From Candidatus Hermodarchaeota archaeon (GTDB taxonomy: Archaea; Asgardarchaeota; Heimdallarchaeia; Hodarchaeales; Hodarchaeaceae), in contig JBHLKY010000003.1 in the NCBI GenBank assembly GCA_048886185.1, positions 30,001 through 62,000 of the forward strand: a DNA stretch of 32,000 bases, read 5' to 3'. The position numbers and the translations under genes were made by a program. Positions 9,332 through 18,258 of the stretch are shown here, one piece after another. The notes under the pieces are model-generated. The model was not told where the DNA came from. It made no database searches and was given only the letters and a program-made list of their open reading frames with translations. Position 1 is the first letter of the stretch. Every line of letters starts with the position of its first letter.

Positions 9332-11161
9332 ATGTGTGGAATCATTGCAATAACAACTAGTACCAAGACCAATGTTTCTAAGATGATCACTAGTAGTCTA
9401 AAAAAACTTGAATATCGTGGTTATGATAGTGTAGGTGTTGCCACTATTCATAATGGAAAGATTGAAGTATTAAAAGATGTTGGAGCTATAGATAAGGTCA
9501 ATAAAAGACTAATTTTAGAGAGTCTCCAAGGATCTATTGGAATTGGTCACACTCGTTGGGCTACTCATGGGGCAATTAGTCGAGAAAATGCTCACCCACA
9601 TTTGGATTGTACAGGAAACATTATACTTGTACATAATGGTATTATTGAAAATTACCTTGAGCTAAAAGAAGACCTTCGAAATAAGAGTCATAAATTTTCA
9701 TCAGAAACTGACTCAGAGGTTATTGCTCATCTAATGGAGGAAGAATTAAACAATGTTGATCTTAACTTATCAGTCATTCAAGCCTTCAAAAGGGTCATAG
9801 CCAAGCTAGAGGGAACATACGCTATCACTTTAATCCATTCTAAAGAACCTGATAAGATTTTTTTAGCCCGAAAAGACAGTCCATTGGTGATTGGCGTCCG
9901 AGATGATACAAAATTTGCTGCAAGTGATATTCCAGCGTTTCTAGAGTACACAAAAAAGGTAATCGTACTTAAAAATGGTGAAATTGCTACATTAACCCCA
10001 CAAGCCGTCCATATCGAAAAAGATGGCTACAGAATTCAACCTAATCCAGTCATTATATCTTGGACAGCTGAAAGCGCTCAAAAAAGTGGTTATCCCCATT
10101 TCATGCTGAAAGAAATTCATGAACAACCAATTGCTCTAAAAAATACTTTAAATATTGATTCAGCAACGATCGAAAAGGCCTCTAATAAAATACTACAGGC
10201 AGAAAGGATCATCTTTTTGGCTTGTGGGACGAGTTATCACGCAGGACTGACGGGTTATAATCAGTTTCAACGAATTCTAGGGAAAAAGCCATTATATAAG
10301 GTAATTGCTTCAGAATATAAAACCTACGAGAATCTGGTTGATAAAGATACTTTAATCATTGCTATTAGCCAATCTGGGGAAACACTTGATGTAATGAAAA
10401 GTGTATCACCTGCTCGTAATTTAGGCGCCTCAATTATTTCAATAGCAAATGTGATTGATTCTTCCATCCCACGATTAAGCCACATTGCTCTCTATACTAA
10501 AGCAGGACCAGAAATTGGTGTTGCTGCAACAAAAACTCATACTGCGCAGGTGACTCTCCTTGCCCGCCTAGCACTTCAATTAGAGTATGATGCTGGTCTT
10601 TTAAACACAACTGAATATTCTCAAACTGTCAACAATTTAGTTACGAAGACACCTCAGATTACTCGTACGATTATTAATCAAAATGAGTTCAAAGCCAAAC
10701 GATTAGCATCACTGATTTCAAACCAGAGACATGCCTATTTTCTTGCTCGGGGATTAAATATGCCAGTTGCTCTAGAAGGCGCTTTGAAATTAAAAGAAAT
10801 TTCATATATCCATGCTGAAGCTTTTCCTGCAGGCGAAAGTAAACATGGACCTATAGCAATAGTGGAGCCTGGTTTTCCAGTTATTATAATTGCTCCAAAT
10901 GATTGGACAGCTAAAAAAATGTTAAGTAGTACTGAGGAAATGAGAGCTCGAGGCGCTTACATCATCTCTGTAACAGAAGGGTATCATAATATTATAAACC
11001 GATCTGATTATTCTTTTTCTCTACCCACCGCATTTATACCACAGCTTAGGCCAGTAACACACATTTTACCTCTTCAAATGCTAGCCTATTATGCTGCCGT
11101 TAGACGTGGTTTTGATCCTGATAAGCCAAAGAATTTAGCCAAGACTGTGACTGTTGAGTAA
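9332..11161 (+). CDS. glmS: Glutamine--fructose-6-phosphate aminotransferase (isomerizing)
   Basis: MCGII N-terminus, LEYRGYDS, GHTRWATHG, SQSGET, GPEIGVAATK, KLKEISY, KNLAKTVTVE. Confidence 0.98.
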   Translation: MCGIIAITTSTKTNVSKMITSSLKKLEYRGYDSVGVATIHNGKIEVLKDVGAIDKVNKRLILESLQGSIGIGHTRWATHGAISRENAHPHLDCTGNIILVHNGIIENYLELKEDLRNKSHKFSSETDSEVIAHLMEEELNNVDLNLSVIQAFKRVIAKLEGTYAITLIHSKEPDKIFLARKDSPLVIGVRDDTKFAASDIPAFLEYTKKVIVLKNGEIATLTPQAVHIEKDGYRIQPNPVIISWTAESAQKSGYPHFMLKEIHEQPIALKNTLNIDSATIEKASNKILQAERIIFLACGTSYHAGLTGYNQFQRILGKKPLYKVIASEYKTYENLVDKDTLIIAISQSGETLDVMKSVSPARNLGASIISIANVIDSSIPRLSHIALYTKAGPEIGVAATKTHTAQVTLLARLALQLEYDAGLLNTTEYSQTVNNLVTKTPQITRTIINQNEFKAKRLASLISNQRHAYFLARGLNMPVALEGALKLKEISYIHAEAFPAGESKHGPIAIVEPGFPVIIIAPNDWTAKKMLSSTEEMRARGAYIISVTEGYHNIINRSDYSFSLPTAFIPQLRPVTHILPLQMLAYYAAVRRGFDPDKPKNLAKTVTVE

Positions 11162-11184
11162 AAATTCAACCGAAAAATGATCCA

Positions 11185-11514
11185 TTAGAACATATGTACT
11201 AGTTTTATGGGAGGAACAGATTTTTCTCCTTCTTCTTCCCCTTCTACCGGAATTCTATAAAATTTATTTTCATTTCCTACCTGAACACATATTGCTCCTG
11301 GAAGATGGTGCCGAGGATCTAATTTTTCGGAAATATCATGGAAATGATTTACAATTTCATCTCGAGATTCAGACACAGCAATTACTCGGCTGCCATAAAG
11401 CAATACCCATTTCCCCTTACAAATTGCCTTTCTTAGAAGAGCCTGTATGCTCCAATAAGATTTCTCCTCTTGAAGATAATGATCTAGAAGCGTCAAACGA
11501 TTTCTTCCTAACAA
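11185..11514 (-). CDS. Small DUF5678-like protein
   Basis: KGKWVLLYGSRVIAVSES..VQVGNE resembles the GKWVAI..GxVVA pattern; start codon uncertain (TTG). Confidence 0.55.
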   Translation of the reverse strand: MLGRNRLTLLDHYLQEEKSYWSIQALLRKAICKGKWVLLYGSRVIAVSESRDEIVNHFHDISEKLDPRHHLPGAICVQVGNENKFYRIPVEGEEEGEKSVPPIKLVHMF

Positions 11515-11741
11515 TTGATTACAATTGCAAAGACAGGAAAAAAATCATGTGACTTTCAGAGTAGCTATTAAAAAAGCTTATGGTTGGATGGTTTTTTCAA
11601 ATCAAGGAAAACTCATCTAGTTGGCAGAAAATATGATTAACTGTCAAAAAAGAGTGTGTTTAGACAAATCGGTTTTAGATATGAAGTTATTTCTTATTAT
11701 TCACTGCTTGAGGTTTTGATTCCAAGGGATAAAAAGGGATA

Positions 11742-12263
11742 TTAAATTGGTTCAAAAAGAATCCAGAAAAATAGAGCGAGACTTAAAAATAGACTCATAA
11801 AAACAAGCCGAATTGTAGATCCAATAATTCGCTCTCGAATTGTTCTTTCTTTACTTGTTTCTACAAAGAAAATTAGCCATAGGGTTGATAAAATGCCTAA
11901 TATGGAGAAAAGTAGAGCAAGAGGATAGAAGAGATTTTTGTCATACAGATATAATTTATTCCCTAGTATATTTATATGAGGTTTCCAAGGGGGATAAGCT
12001 TCAGTTTCTGTTTCATTTGTCCCTTCTGTCATTTCTGTTGTTGTATTAGTTATTACTGTAGTGGTATTTTGTAAAATCGCTTTCTCTATTTTAATTTCGG
12101 TAGGTAAGATTCTTGATTGAGTATTAGCATCATCTTGGAAAATTTGGATTCTGTTGCTGCCTGAATGTAGTAGAGTGAAAGTCATTATGCTGGTGATGAC
12201 ATTGCAAATGAGAATCAACGAAACAATACCAGTAATTAAGCAGCGGGTACGATTTAGGGACAT
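11742..12263 (-). CDS. Hypothetical membrane protein with Thr/Glu-rich extracellular linker
   Basis: N-terminal TM/signal helix, TTTVITNTTTEMTEGTNETETE linker, two C-terminal TM helices. Confidence 0.7.
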   Translation of the reverse strand: MSLNRTRCLITGIVSLILICNVITSIMTFTLLHSGSNRIQIFQDDANTQSRILPTEIKIEKAILQNTTTVITNTTTEMTEGTNETETEAYPPWKPHINILGNKLYLYDKNLFYPLALLFSILGILSTLWLIFFVETSKERTIRERIIGSTIRLVFMSLFLSLALFFWILFEPI

Positions 12264-12781
12264 TATTTTTCCTTACTCCAGAGATTGGGTTCAAATTACG
12301 GCCTTATTAATCGAACTTGCCTTAAAAAAGGGAGTTTAAAAAAAGTTCCATAAGAACGTCTTTCTTTGACTTTTTTAGAAGATTTTATTATAATTGAAAT
12401 AAGTCAGTATGAGTAATTCAAAAAGAATTGAAAGAAATAAATGTAAAAGTTTTGTTTTGTGAGGCGGATTTCATATTTTATCTATTTACAGAAATGTCTC
12501 TGCCTTAAACAGGCATAAAAACATCAAAATATAGTTAGAAAATTACTTACGAAATGAGAAGTTGCGTTTAAAGTGTATATGCATGATAAAAAGGATTCCT
12601 AATTCTCAGCTCAATTCAGCTATGAATTTTTATAAAGCTAATAATGAAAAGAATACAAACTACCTTAAATAAGTAATAATCCTTAAGAATTACCATTATA
12701 CTATCTTAAATTGAAGGAAAAACCCAAAAAACATAATATATTCCTTTTAAACTCTAAAAAGGAAATATAACTCAATTCCTA

Positions 12782-12874
12782 GCGCTGATAGTCTAGTCTG
12801 GTTAGGACTCCAGCCTTCCATTCCCATTAAAGAGGAGATAGCTGGCTACCCGGGTTCAAATCCCGGTCGGCGCA
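12782..12874 (+). tRNA. tRNA-Gly(TCC), one 19-nt intron at 37/38 (12821-12839)
   Basis: Acceptor GCGCTGA/TCGGCGC, anticodon stem CCAGC/GCTGG, T-arm CCGGG-TTCAAAT-CCCGG; BHB central helix CUUC/GGAG. Confidence 0.95.
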
Positions 12875-12894
12875 TTTCTTCTTTGTAAGAATTT

Positions 12895-14136
12895 TTAAGA
12901 AGAAACATACCGTAAAATTGCACAAATTCCTCCGAAACTTTGTATCTGCCGTCCTTCTTCAGTTTGTGGGCTAATAATTTCTATAATTGCCCCAGTTTTC
13001 TCTGCTAAATCACCCAAATCCATGATAAGATCTTTCTGGTTTATTTCCCACTTGTTTACTCTACATCGAGAACATTGTTGCTTACTTAGCTGGGTTAAAT
13101 AATTCTCCACCTCGGAGGTCTTCAATGTTTTTTCTTCCCTATAATTACAATTTTGGCATTCAGCTTCTACTCGGACTAAATCTATACCTTTAGAGATTAA
13201 TAAAATATCAACAGCTCCCATTAAAAGATTTTCACGAACTTCCTTCTCCCCATAATTCGCTTTTCCCTCTGTTAACGCATCAAGGAATTGACGTACCAGT
13301 TGTTTTTCCTTGATGAGAGTCACCCCTTCCAGAATATCTTGTGATTCTGCAACAAGTTCATTAATCCCACTTTTATCTCCTCCATATCCTAAATCCTTAA
13401 TCCCCAGAGTTTTCTCTTTCAAGCGCGGATCAAAATACTCAATAATTTGATCTTTTATCTGTCCAGGTCCCCCAATAATCACACCATTTAATTCAAAACG
13501 AGTATCCTCAATGAAGAACTGTTTCATATCATCTGCGACACGTTTTAAAAAACGTGCAACTGCCTCTTCCCTCAATCTCGCAAACCGGACGCTACTCTGA
13601 CCTCCTTTACGATGCTTTTTTGCAGCGCCGCTTCGGGTACTCTTCAAAATCTCGATTTGATCCCCTTTCAGTGTTGCTATTGTGGCTTTTGCGCTATCAA
13701 TAGCCAATAAGGCATATGTTTCTTTTTCAACCAAACGATCAATGAGATATTCAACATGAAAGCGATTATCACACACATACAACTTACGAGAAATAGGTTG
13801 GGGAGGTTCGAATATATATGACTCAATCTTGTAGTCCTTATGTCCTGAATCCGCGGTTGCGCCTGCAAAAATTGCTATCCCTGATGCTGGTGATTTATGC
13901 CCATATAACTTAAGCTTTCCAATAACATTTCGTAATGCTGAGATGACATTCTTCTGTGTAAATTTACTCCGAATATTAGTGGCAGTACCTACCTCATCAG
14001 TTAATTCTTGGACAAAATCGGCTATCGTTCGATCAGGGGGCACATATAGGGAAATTAAACACGTACTTCCATCAGGAGATTCCTTTTCCTGTAAATTGGT
14101 GAGCATTCTTTCAAGTTTGTATTGTTTAAAGCTCAT
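12895..14136 (-). CDS. prf1: Peptide chain release factor aRF1
   Basis: GGQSS, NIRS (NIKS variant), YVCDNRF motifs and a CxxC/CxxC mini-domain; ATG at 14136 preferred. Confidence 0.97.
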   Translation of the reverse strand: MSFKQYKLERMLTNLQEKESPDGSTCLISLYVPPDRTIADFVQELTDEVGTATNIRSKFTQKNVISALRNVIGKLKLYGHKSPASGIAIFAGATADSGHKDYKIESYIFEPPQPISRKLYVCDNRFHVEYLIDRLVEKETYALLAIDSAKATIATLKGDQIEILKSTRSGAAKKHRKGGQSSVRFARLREEAVARFLKRVADDMKQFFIEDTRFELNGVIIGGPGQIKDQIIEYFDPRLKEKTLGIKDLGYGGDKSGINELVAESQDILEGVTLIKEKQLVRQFLDALTEGKANYGEKEVRENLLMGAVDILLISKGIDLVRVEAECQNCNYREEKTLKTSEVENYLTQLSKQQCSRCRVNKWEINQKDLIMDLGDLAEKTGAIIEIISPQTEEGRQIQSFGGICAILRYVSS

Positions 14137-14581
14137 TGTTATAAGGGTACCTCCTTTACACGAGGTTATTGCGTTCAAATCTTCTTATCTCAAACCTTAG
14201 ACCCTTCTACCATCATCAGTTCAAGAAACAGCAATTAGAGGCTTATGTGTGCAGTTTCCCTCATTTTTATTAAAGGTGAGGTCTTGCACTAACAAGTTGG
14301 CGAGTACGAGTAGATGGTTTTGTAGGGGAATATATCAATGGTGTAATGATTCATTTAATTGTTTTAATTCCGTATTGTTCTATACGTACATATACAAATT
14401 CCATATGTTTGCTTCTGTGACCTCCTTTAACCTGTTTTTTTCAAGAAATTTCGCAAATTCTTGAGGATTTCTAATTTTTCACTTTAGACTTGCCTAATTT
14501 GTTATTGTTGACATTAAATAAAGTTATTTGATCATGTTCTAGAATATTTCTCGTATTTAGTGTATCATAAAGAATCATTAG

Positions 14582-15586
14582 TTAGGAATTAAATACTGCA
14601 AGGTATTTTTGATAATTTTCTATTAATTCAGTAATCGTCAGTTGTTGCCAATCACACACGGGAGAGTATTCAACTAGGTCAATACAGAGAGGAGTAGCCG
14701 AGGTTTTGCGTAATAACTGCATTAGAGCTCTTAATGTTGTTAATATATTGTCTGTTTGATTTTTTAAGCTGGTTTTCTTAAGTCGAATAAAAGTTTCTAG
14801 ATTCGAAAAAAAACCCAAGAATTTCCCCAAGAGATATGGTCTTGATAATTGATTTTTAATATTCTTTTCTGCAAGCATCTGTTTTAAATTCATCGAATGA
14901 CCAATGACCTTGTTCCTATGCCAATAATTTGAGTACCCTAAGAAATTGATTTGAGATTCTTGACAATAATCTAAGTCAAAACTGATGTATATCTTTTTTC
15001 CTCTCAACCAATTAAGAAATTCAGCATTTTTACCTATTTGTTTTAGATTTGGCTCAATGAAAGCAAAGGAAGATGTAAGTGTATCAAAATCATGATGAGT
15101 TTCAGCCCAACCTCCAATTACAGTAGTTATCCCTGCTAGCTCTTTGATAATCCAAGCTCCATGTGGAGAAAGTGACTCTGTAAAATCAAAATGAGCATCA
15201 AATGTGACAATACCAAATTCATCTCTAAATCTTCGCTTATAGTTTTGAGCTATATAACGAGAGGGAGCGTGTGAAGTTGCGATATTAATGAATTGGCGTT
15301 TATCCTCCCATTTGAATTTTATAATATCGTTAAATTTATTTGTACCAATGATGCTACTGTGGATAGGTTGTACAAGATAGGAGAATAATTCTTTTGTGAA
15401 ATATGGATCAAAAAGTCCTGAAAAATCAACATATGGATAAATCTTTTTAAACTCTTGAATTTGCATAACAGCCCAGTATTCTTCAGCCCAAAATAATGTT
15501 GTTCCGTATGTTTGTGCGGGAAGACAATAAGGATATACTGTTGGGGGCTTTGAATCACCACAAGGAATGTGATTTTTGGAGAACAT
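14582..15586 (-). CDS. Divergent arginase/ureohydrolase-fold protein
   Basis: FDAHFDF and ISFDLDY metal-binding motifs; starts 7 nt after the pyrH stop. Confidence 0.6.
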   Translation of the reverse strand: MFSKNHIPCGDSKPPTVYPYCLPAQTYGTTLFWAEEYWAVMQIQEFKKIYPYVDFSGLFDPYFTKELFSYLVQPIHSSIIGTNKFNDIIKFKWEDKRQFINIATSHAPSRYIAQNYKRRFRDEFGIVTFDAHFDFTESLSPHGAWIIKELAGITTVIGGWAETHHDFDTLTSSFAFIEPNLKQIGKNAEFLNWLRGKKIYISFDLDYCQESQINFLGYSNYWHRNKVIGHSMNLKQMLAEKNIKNQLSRPYLLGKFLGFFSNLETFIRLKKTSLKNQTDNILTTLRALMQLLRKTSATPLCIDLVEYSPVCDWQQLTITELIENYQKYLAVFNS

Positions 15587-15593
15587 CAGCTTT

Positions 15594-16277
15594 TCATAGA
15601 TTCTGTATTACAGTCCCAACATCTTTTCCTTGGATTGCTTTTTTGATTTTTTCCACATTTGCATCAGTAATAATGACACGAATATTTGTTCGTTCACATA
15701 TTTTAGCAGCAATAAGAGTAAACGGAGCATTTGACCCAGCTTTTAATGAGAGGGGAGACACAATTTCATAAAACTGATAATATGTTAAATTGCTGTATTT
15801 TTTGGCATCAGAGTATTGATTTGGATCTTTATCATAAATACCATCAACATTCGTGACATTCACAAGAATTGGAGACCCAAATAAGTCTGCTAAAATGGCA
15901 GCATCTTCATCTGTTTTAATAGCTGTTAAAAATCCTCCTGATACTCCAATATTGTACGATTGAAGGTGTTCCATTAAATTTTTCACAGATGTAGGTAAAA
16001 TTGGAGAACTGTACCCTTTAAAATAGTAAGATAATAAACGAGCATTTAACCAAGTTGCAGCAATTCCCATATAGTCCCGTTCACCTTCAGTTAATTCTTC
16101 AGGTAGTCCTTTAATGTATTCTCGAGCAACTTTCCCCCCACCGCAAACAATCATAAATTTATATTGATTTATGAGCTCTTTAATCATGATAGAGAAGCTC
16201 TTAAGAAATTTTTTATTAATTTCGCCAGGATTGATGATACTTCCACCTAAAGAGAATGTAATAAGAGGTTTCGTCAT
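15594..16277 (-). CDS. pyrH: Uridylate kinase
   Basis: SLGGSII, VCGGGKVAREYI, RDYMGI, TNVDGIYDKDP motifs; ATG at 16277. Confidence 0.95.
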   Translation of the reverse strand: MTKPLITFSLGGSIINPGEINKKFLKSFSIMIKELINQYKFMIVCGGGKVAREYIKGLPEELTEGERDYMGIAATWLNARLLSYYFKGYSSPILPTSVKNLMEHLQSYNIGVSGGFLTAIKTDEDAAILADLFGSPILVNVTNVDGIYDKDPNQYSDAKKYSNLTYYQFYEIVSPLSLKAGSNAPFTLIAAKICERTNIRVIITDANVEKIKKAIQGKDVGTVIQNL

Positions 16278-16449
16278 ACAAGGCACCCAAAAATTCAACA
16301 GCAGGATGCTTTAATTCTCTTTATGTAATTTCTATCCTTTAAGAAAACTATTCCAATCAAATTTTTTCTTTCTAATCTTAGCTCATACTTGTTTCTGTAC
16401 AAAGAAACTGAGATTGTTTCAATTTTATTTGTCAGAAGAAAAGGAAGTA

Positions 16450-16608
16450 TGCCGAGGGTGCGATTTGAACGCACGACAACTGGATCTCCATCATGCAGAT
16501 AAATCCATGACTTCAGTCCAGCGCTGACGGGATAATAGACCAATAAAGGATGGTGATTCTCCCGGGTTTCTCATTTACTTATGAAAGCAAACTCTAAGCT
16601 ACCTCGGC
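16450..16608 (-). tRNA. tRNA-Phe(GAA), three introns: 15/16 (16567-16593, 27 nt), 22/23 (16526-16558, 33 nt), 37/38 (16486-16510, 25 nt)
   Basis: Removing them gives a 74-nt cloverleaf GCCGAGGTAGCTTAGCCCGGGAGAGCGCTGGACTGAAGATCCAGTTGTCGTGCGTTCAAATCGCACCCTCGGCA; each junction folds as a BHB or relaxed BHB. Confidence 0.88.
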
Positions 16609-16693
16609 AGTAGCAAATACGAAGTAAGTCAGTCAATACTAGCAAGTGATTAAAAATTTTTACTTTTATGGGAGTATAAAACTAAGAGTATTC

Positions 16694-16882
16694 TTAATCG
16701 ATCCGCCGGTATTTGTTAAAATTTTTTCGTGCCCAAGAATATCGTCGTAATTTTGGGCTGGGATACCCACAATATGCGCATTTCTGCTTTCGTTTGTGGT
16801 ATGAGTGATTACCACATCTTCGACATTGCATATGAGTTCGTTTGGCTGTGTGTTTTCCCCGTGCTGCAGTTCCTTTTGTCAT
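16694..16882 (-). CDS. rpl37e: 50S ribosomal protein L37e
   Basis: MTKGT..HMQCRRCG.HSYH..KCAYCGY zinc finger. Confidence 0.97.
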   Translation of the reverse strand: MTKGTAARGKHTAKRTHMQCRRCGNHSYHKRKQKCAYCGYPSPKLRRYSWARKNFNKYRRID

Positions 16883-16937
16883 CTTTTACAACTCGTTATT
16901 TAGTGAATTGATATGATAATAAACAATCAAATTCTCT

Positions 16938-17177
16938 CTAAGGTGGAGAAATAAGTATTACATTATCTCCTCTAAGGATAATATTTCCTAATGTTTCAGT
17001 TACTGACTCCTGATCATCTTCTTCTTGAGAAGGATAAATCATTTCCGCGTCTTCAAGGTATAAGTTTAGATGCGGATCGTAACTTCGTAAGATCCCACGG
17101 ATTTCACGATGACCGCGTACTTTAAGGATTACTTTTTTATTGAGGGCGGCTGTTAATACATCTAACGGTCTACTCAT
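16938..17177 (-). CDS. Sm/Lsm-family RNA-binding protein (SmAP)
   Basis: RPLDVL, GILRSYDPHLNLYL, IILRGDNVILISP; upstream of rpl37e as is usual in archaea. Confidence 0.95.
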   Translation of the reverse strand: MSRPLDVLTAALNKKVILKVRGHREIRGILRSYDPHLNLYLEDAEMIYPSQEEDDQESVTETLGNIILRGDNVILISPP

Positions 17178-17221
17178 ATTTAATCACTTTGAGATAAGGG
17201 GAGTTTTTATACGAAAAGGAA

Positions 17222-17361
17222 TGCTCCGACCGGGATTTTCCGACTACAAACGATCTGTTTGTTTCCTTTGAACCCGGGTCCTTCCGCGTGGATTCAATAT
17301 CGAATTCAGCCAGATTCGGGGCGAAAGCCCGGAATGATGGGCCGAGCTACACTATCGGAGC
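17222..17361 (-). tRNA. tRNA-Glu(TTC), two non-canonical introns: about 43/44 (17282-17315, 34 nt) and 59/60 (17236-17266, 31 nt)
   Basis: Acceptor GCTCCGA/TCGGAGC; T-arm CCGGG-TTCAAA|T-CCCGG. The 75-nt mature form has a C27.A43 mismatch, so the first junction is less certain. Confidence 0.82.
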
Positions 17362-17560
17362 AGATCCTCATGAAATACAGCCCTTTATCGGCAATACAAC
17401 CCCCCTTGCTTCAAATTAAAAAGGTTTGTTAGCAAAAAGATAAACTATGAAACAAGAGCTAAAAGAGTTAAGCAAGATTTTAGGTTTTGTAGAATAGCAA
17501 ATCAAAAACATATTAAATCTGATTAAACCTTGTATCCCTTAACTAGGAACTGAAAAAGAG

Positions 17561-17914
17561 GTGTTCATTGATCTGGTATCGTCCCATCGTCGAAAAAGAC
17601 GGAAAAGGTCTCAGGAGAAACAAGAAATTCGGTTTCTTACTCAAGAAGCGATAACATTTTTTACAGAGGAGAGTCTGAAGATTCGCTTAACTGATCCATT
17701 ACATTCTCAAGAGTTATTCCGTTCAGCTCGAAAAATCGGGAAAAGAAGCCGGTTTCATATTCCACGACAATATCGTTTTTTGTTTTGTCGGTCATGCTGT
17801 TCACCTTTAAGCATCAAAACTGCTAAAATTCGCTTAAATAGTAAAAAACAACAAATTCAATATTTATGTTTGAATTGTAAGAAGGTACACCGGTTTGGAT
17901 ATTTAAAAAAGTAA
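17561..17914 (+). CDS. rnp4: Ribonuclease P protein component 4 (Rpp21)
   Basis: ARKIGKRSRFHIPRQYRFLFCRSC..KIRL..CLNCKKVHRFGY zinc ribbon. Confidence 0.88.
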   Translation: MFIDLVSSHRRKRRKRSQEKQEIRFLTQEAITFFTEESLKIRLTDPLHSQELFRSARKIGKRSRFHIPRQYRFLFCRSCCSPLSIKTAKIRLNSKKQQIQYLCLNCKKVHRFGYLKK

Positions 17915-17931
17915 AATTAGAAGGAATAGGT

Positions 17932-18258
17932 ATGCATGTAACAATTTACACCACATTTGATGATTTAGATGAAGCAAAAAAGTTTTCACGCCTCTTACTA
18001 GAGAGAAAACTTGCAGCTTGTGTGAATTTGATTCAGGGGGTTCATTCGATTTATCGGTGGAAAGGAGAAATTGAAGAAGCAACAGAAGTAATTCTATGGG
18101 GTAAAACTCAAGATTTTTTAGTTGAAAAAATCCAATCCATGATCCAAGAGTCTCATTCCTACAGTTTACCTGCTTTTGTGGTTTATCCAATTCAGACAGG
18201 AAGTAAAGCATATTTAAAATGGATAAGTGATGAAACACAACTAGCTAAACATCAATAG
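17932..18258 (+). CDS. cutA: Divalent-cation tolerance protein CutA
   Basis: LLERKLAACVN, SIYRWKGEIE, HSYSLP motifs. Confidence 0.93.
   Translation: MHVTIYTTFDDLDEAKKFSRLLLERKLAACVNLIQGVHSIYRWKGEIEEATEVILWGKTQDFLVEKIQSMIQESHSYSLPAFVVYPIQTGSKAYLKWISDETQLAKHQ

Noticed and set aside
12264-12781. About 500-bp AT-rich gap before tRNA-Gly
   Set aside because: No convincing ORF, repeat or stable structure found by eye; treated as divergent promoter DNA.
14249-14289. SECIS element / selenoprotein reading of the in-frame TGA at 14351-14353
   Set aside because: The peptide has no redox or selenoprotein motif, and the hairpin lacks a recognisable archaeal or eukaryote-type SECIS core.
16295-16543. 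82-aa minus-strand ORF
   Set aside because: It reads through tRNA-Phe exons and introns and has no protein motif.
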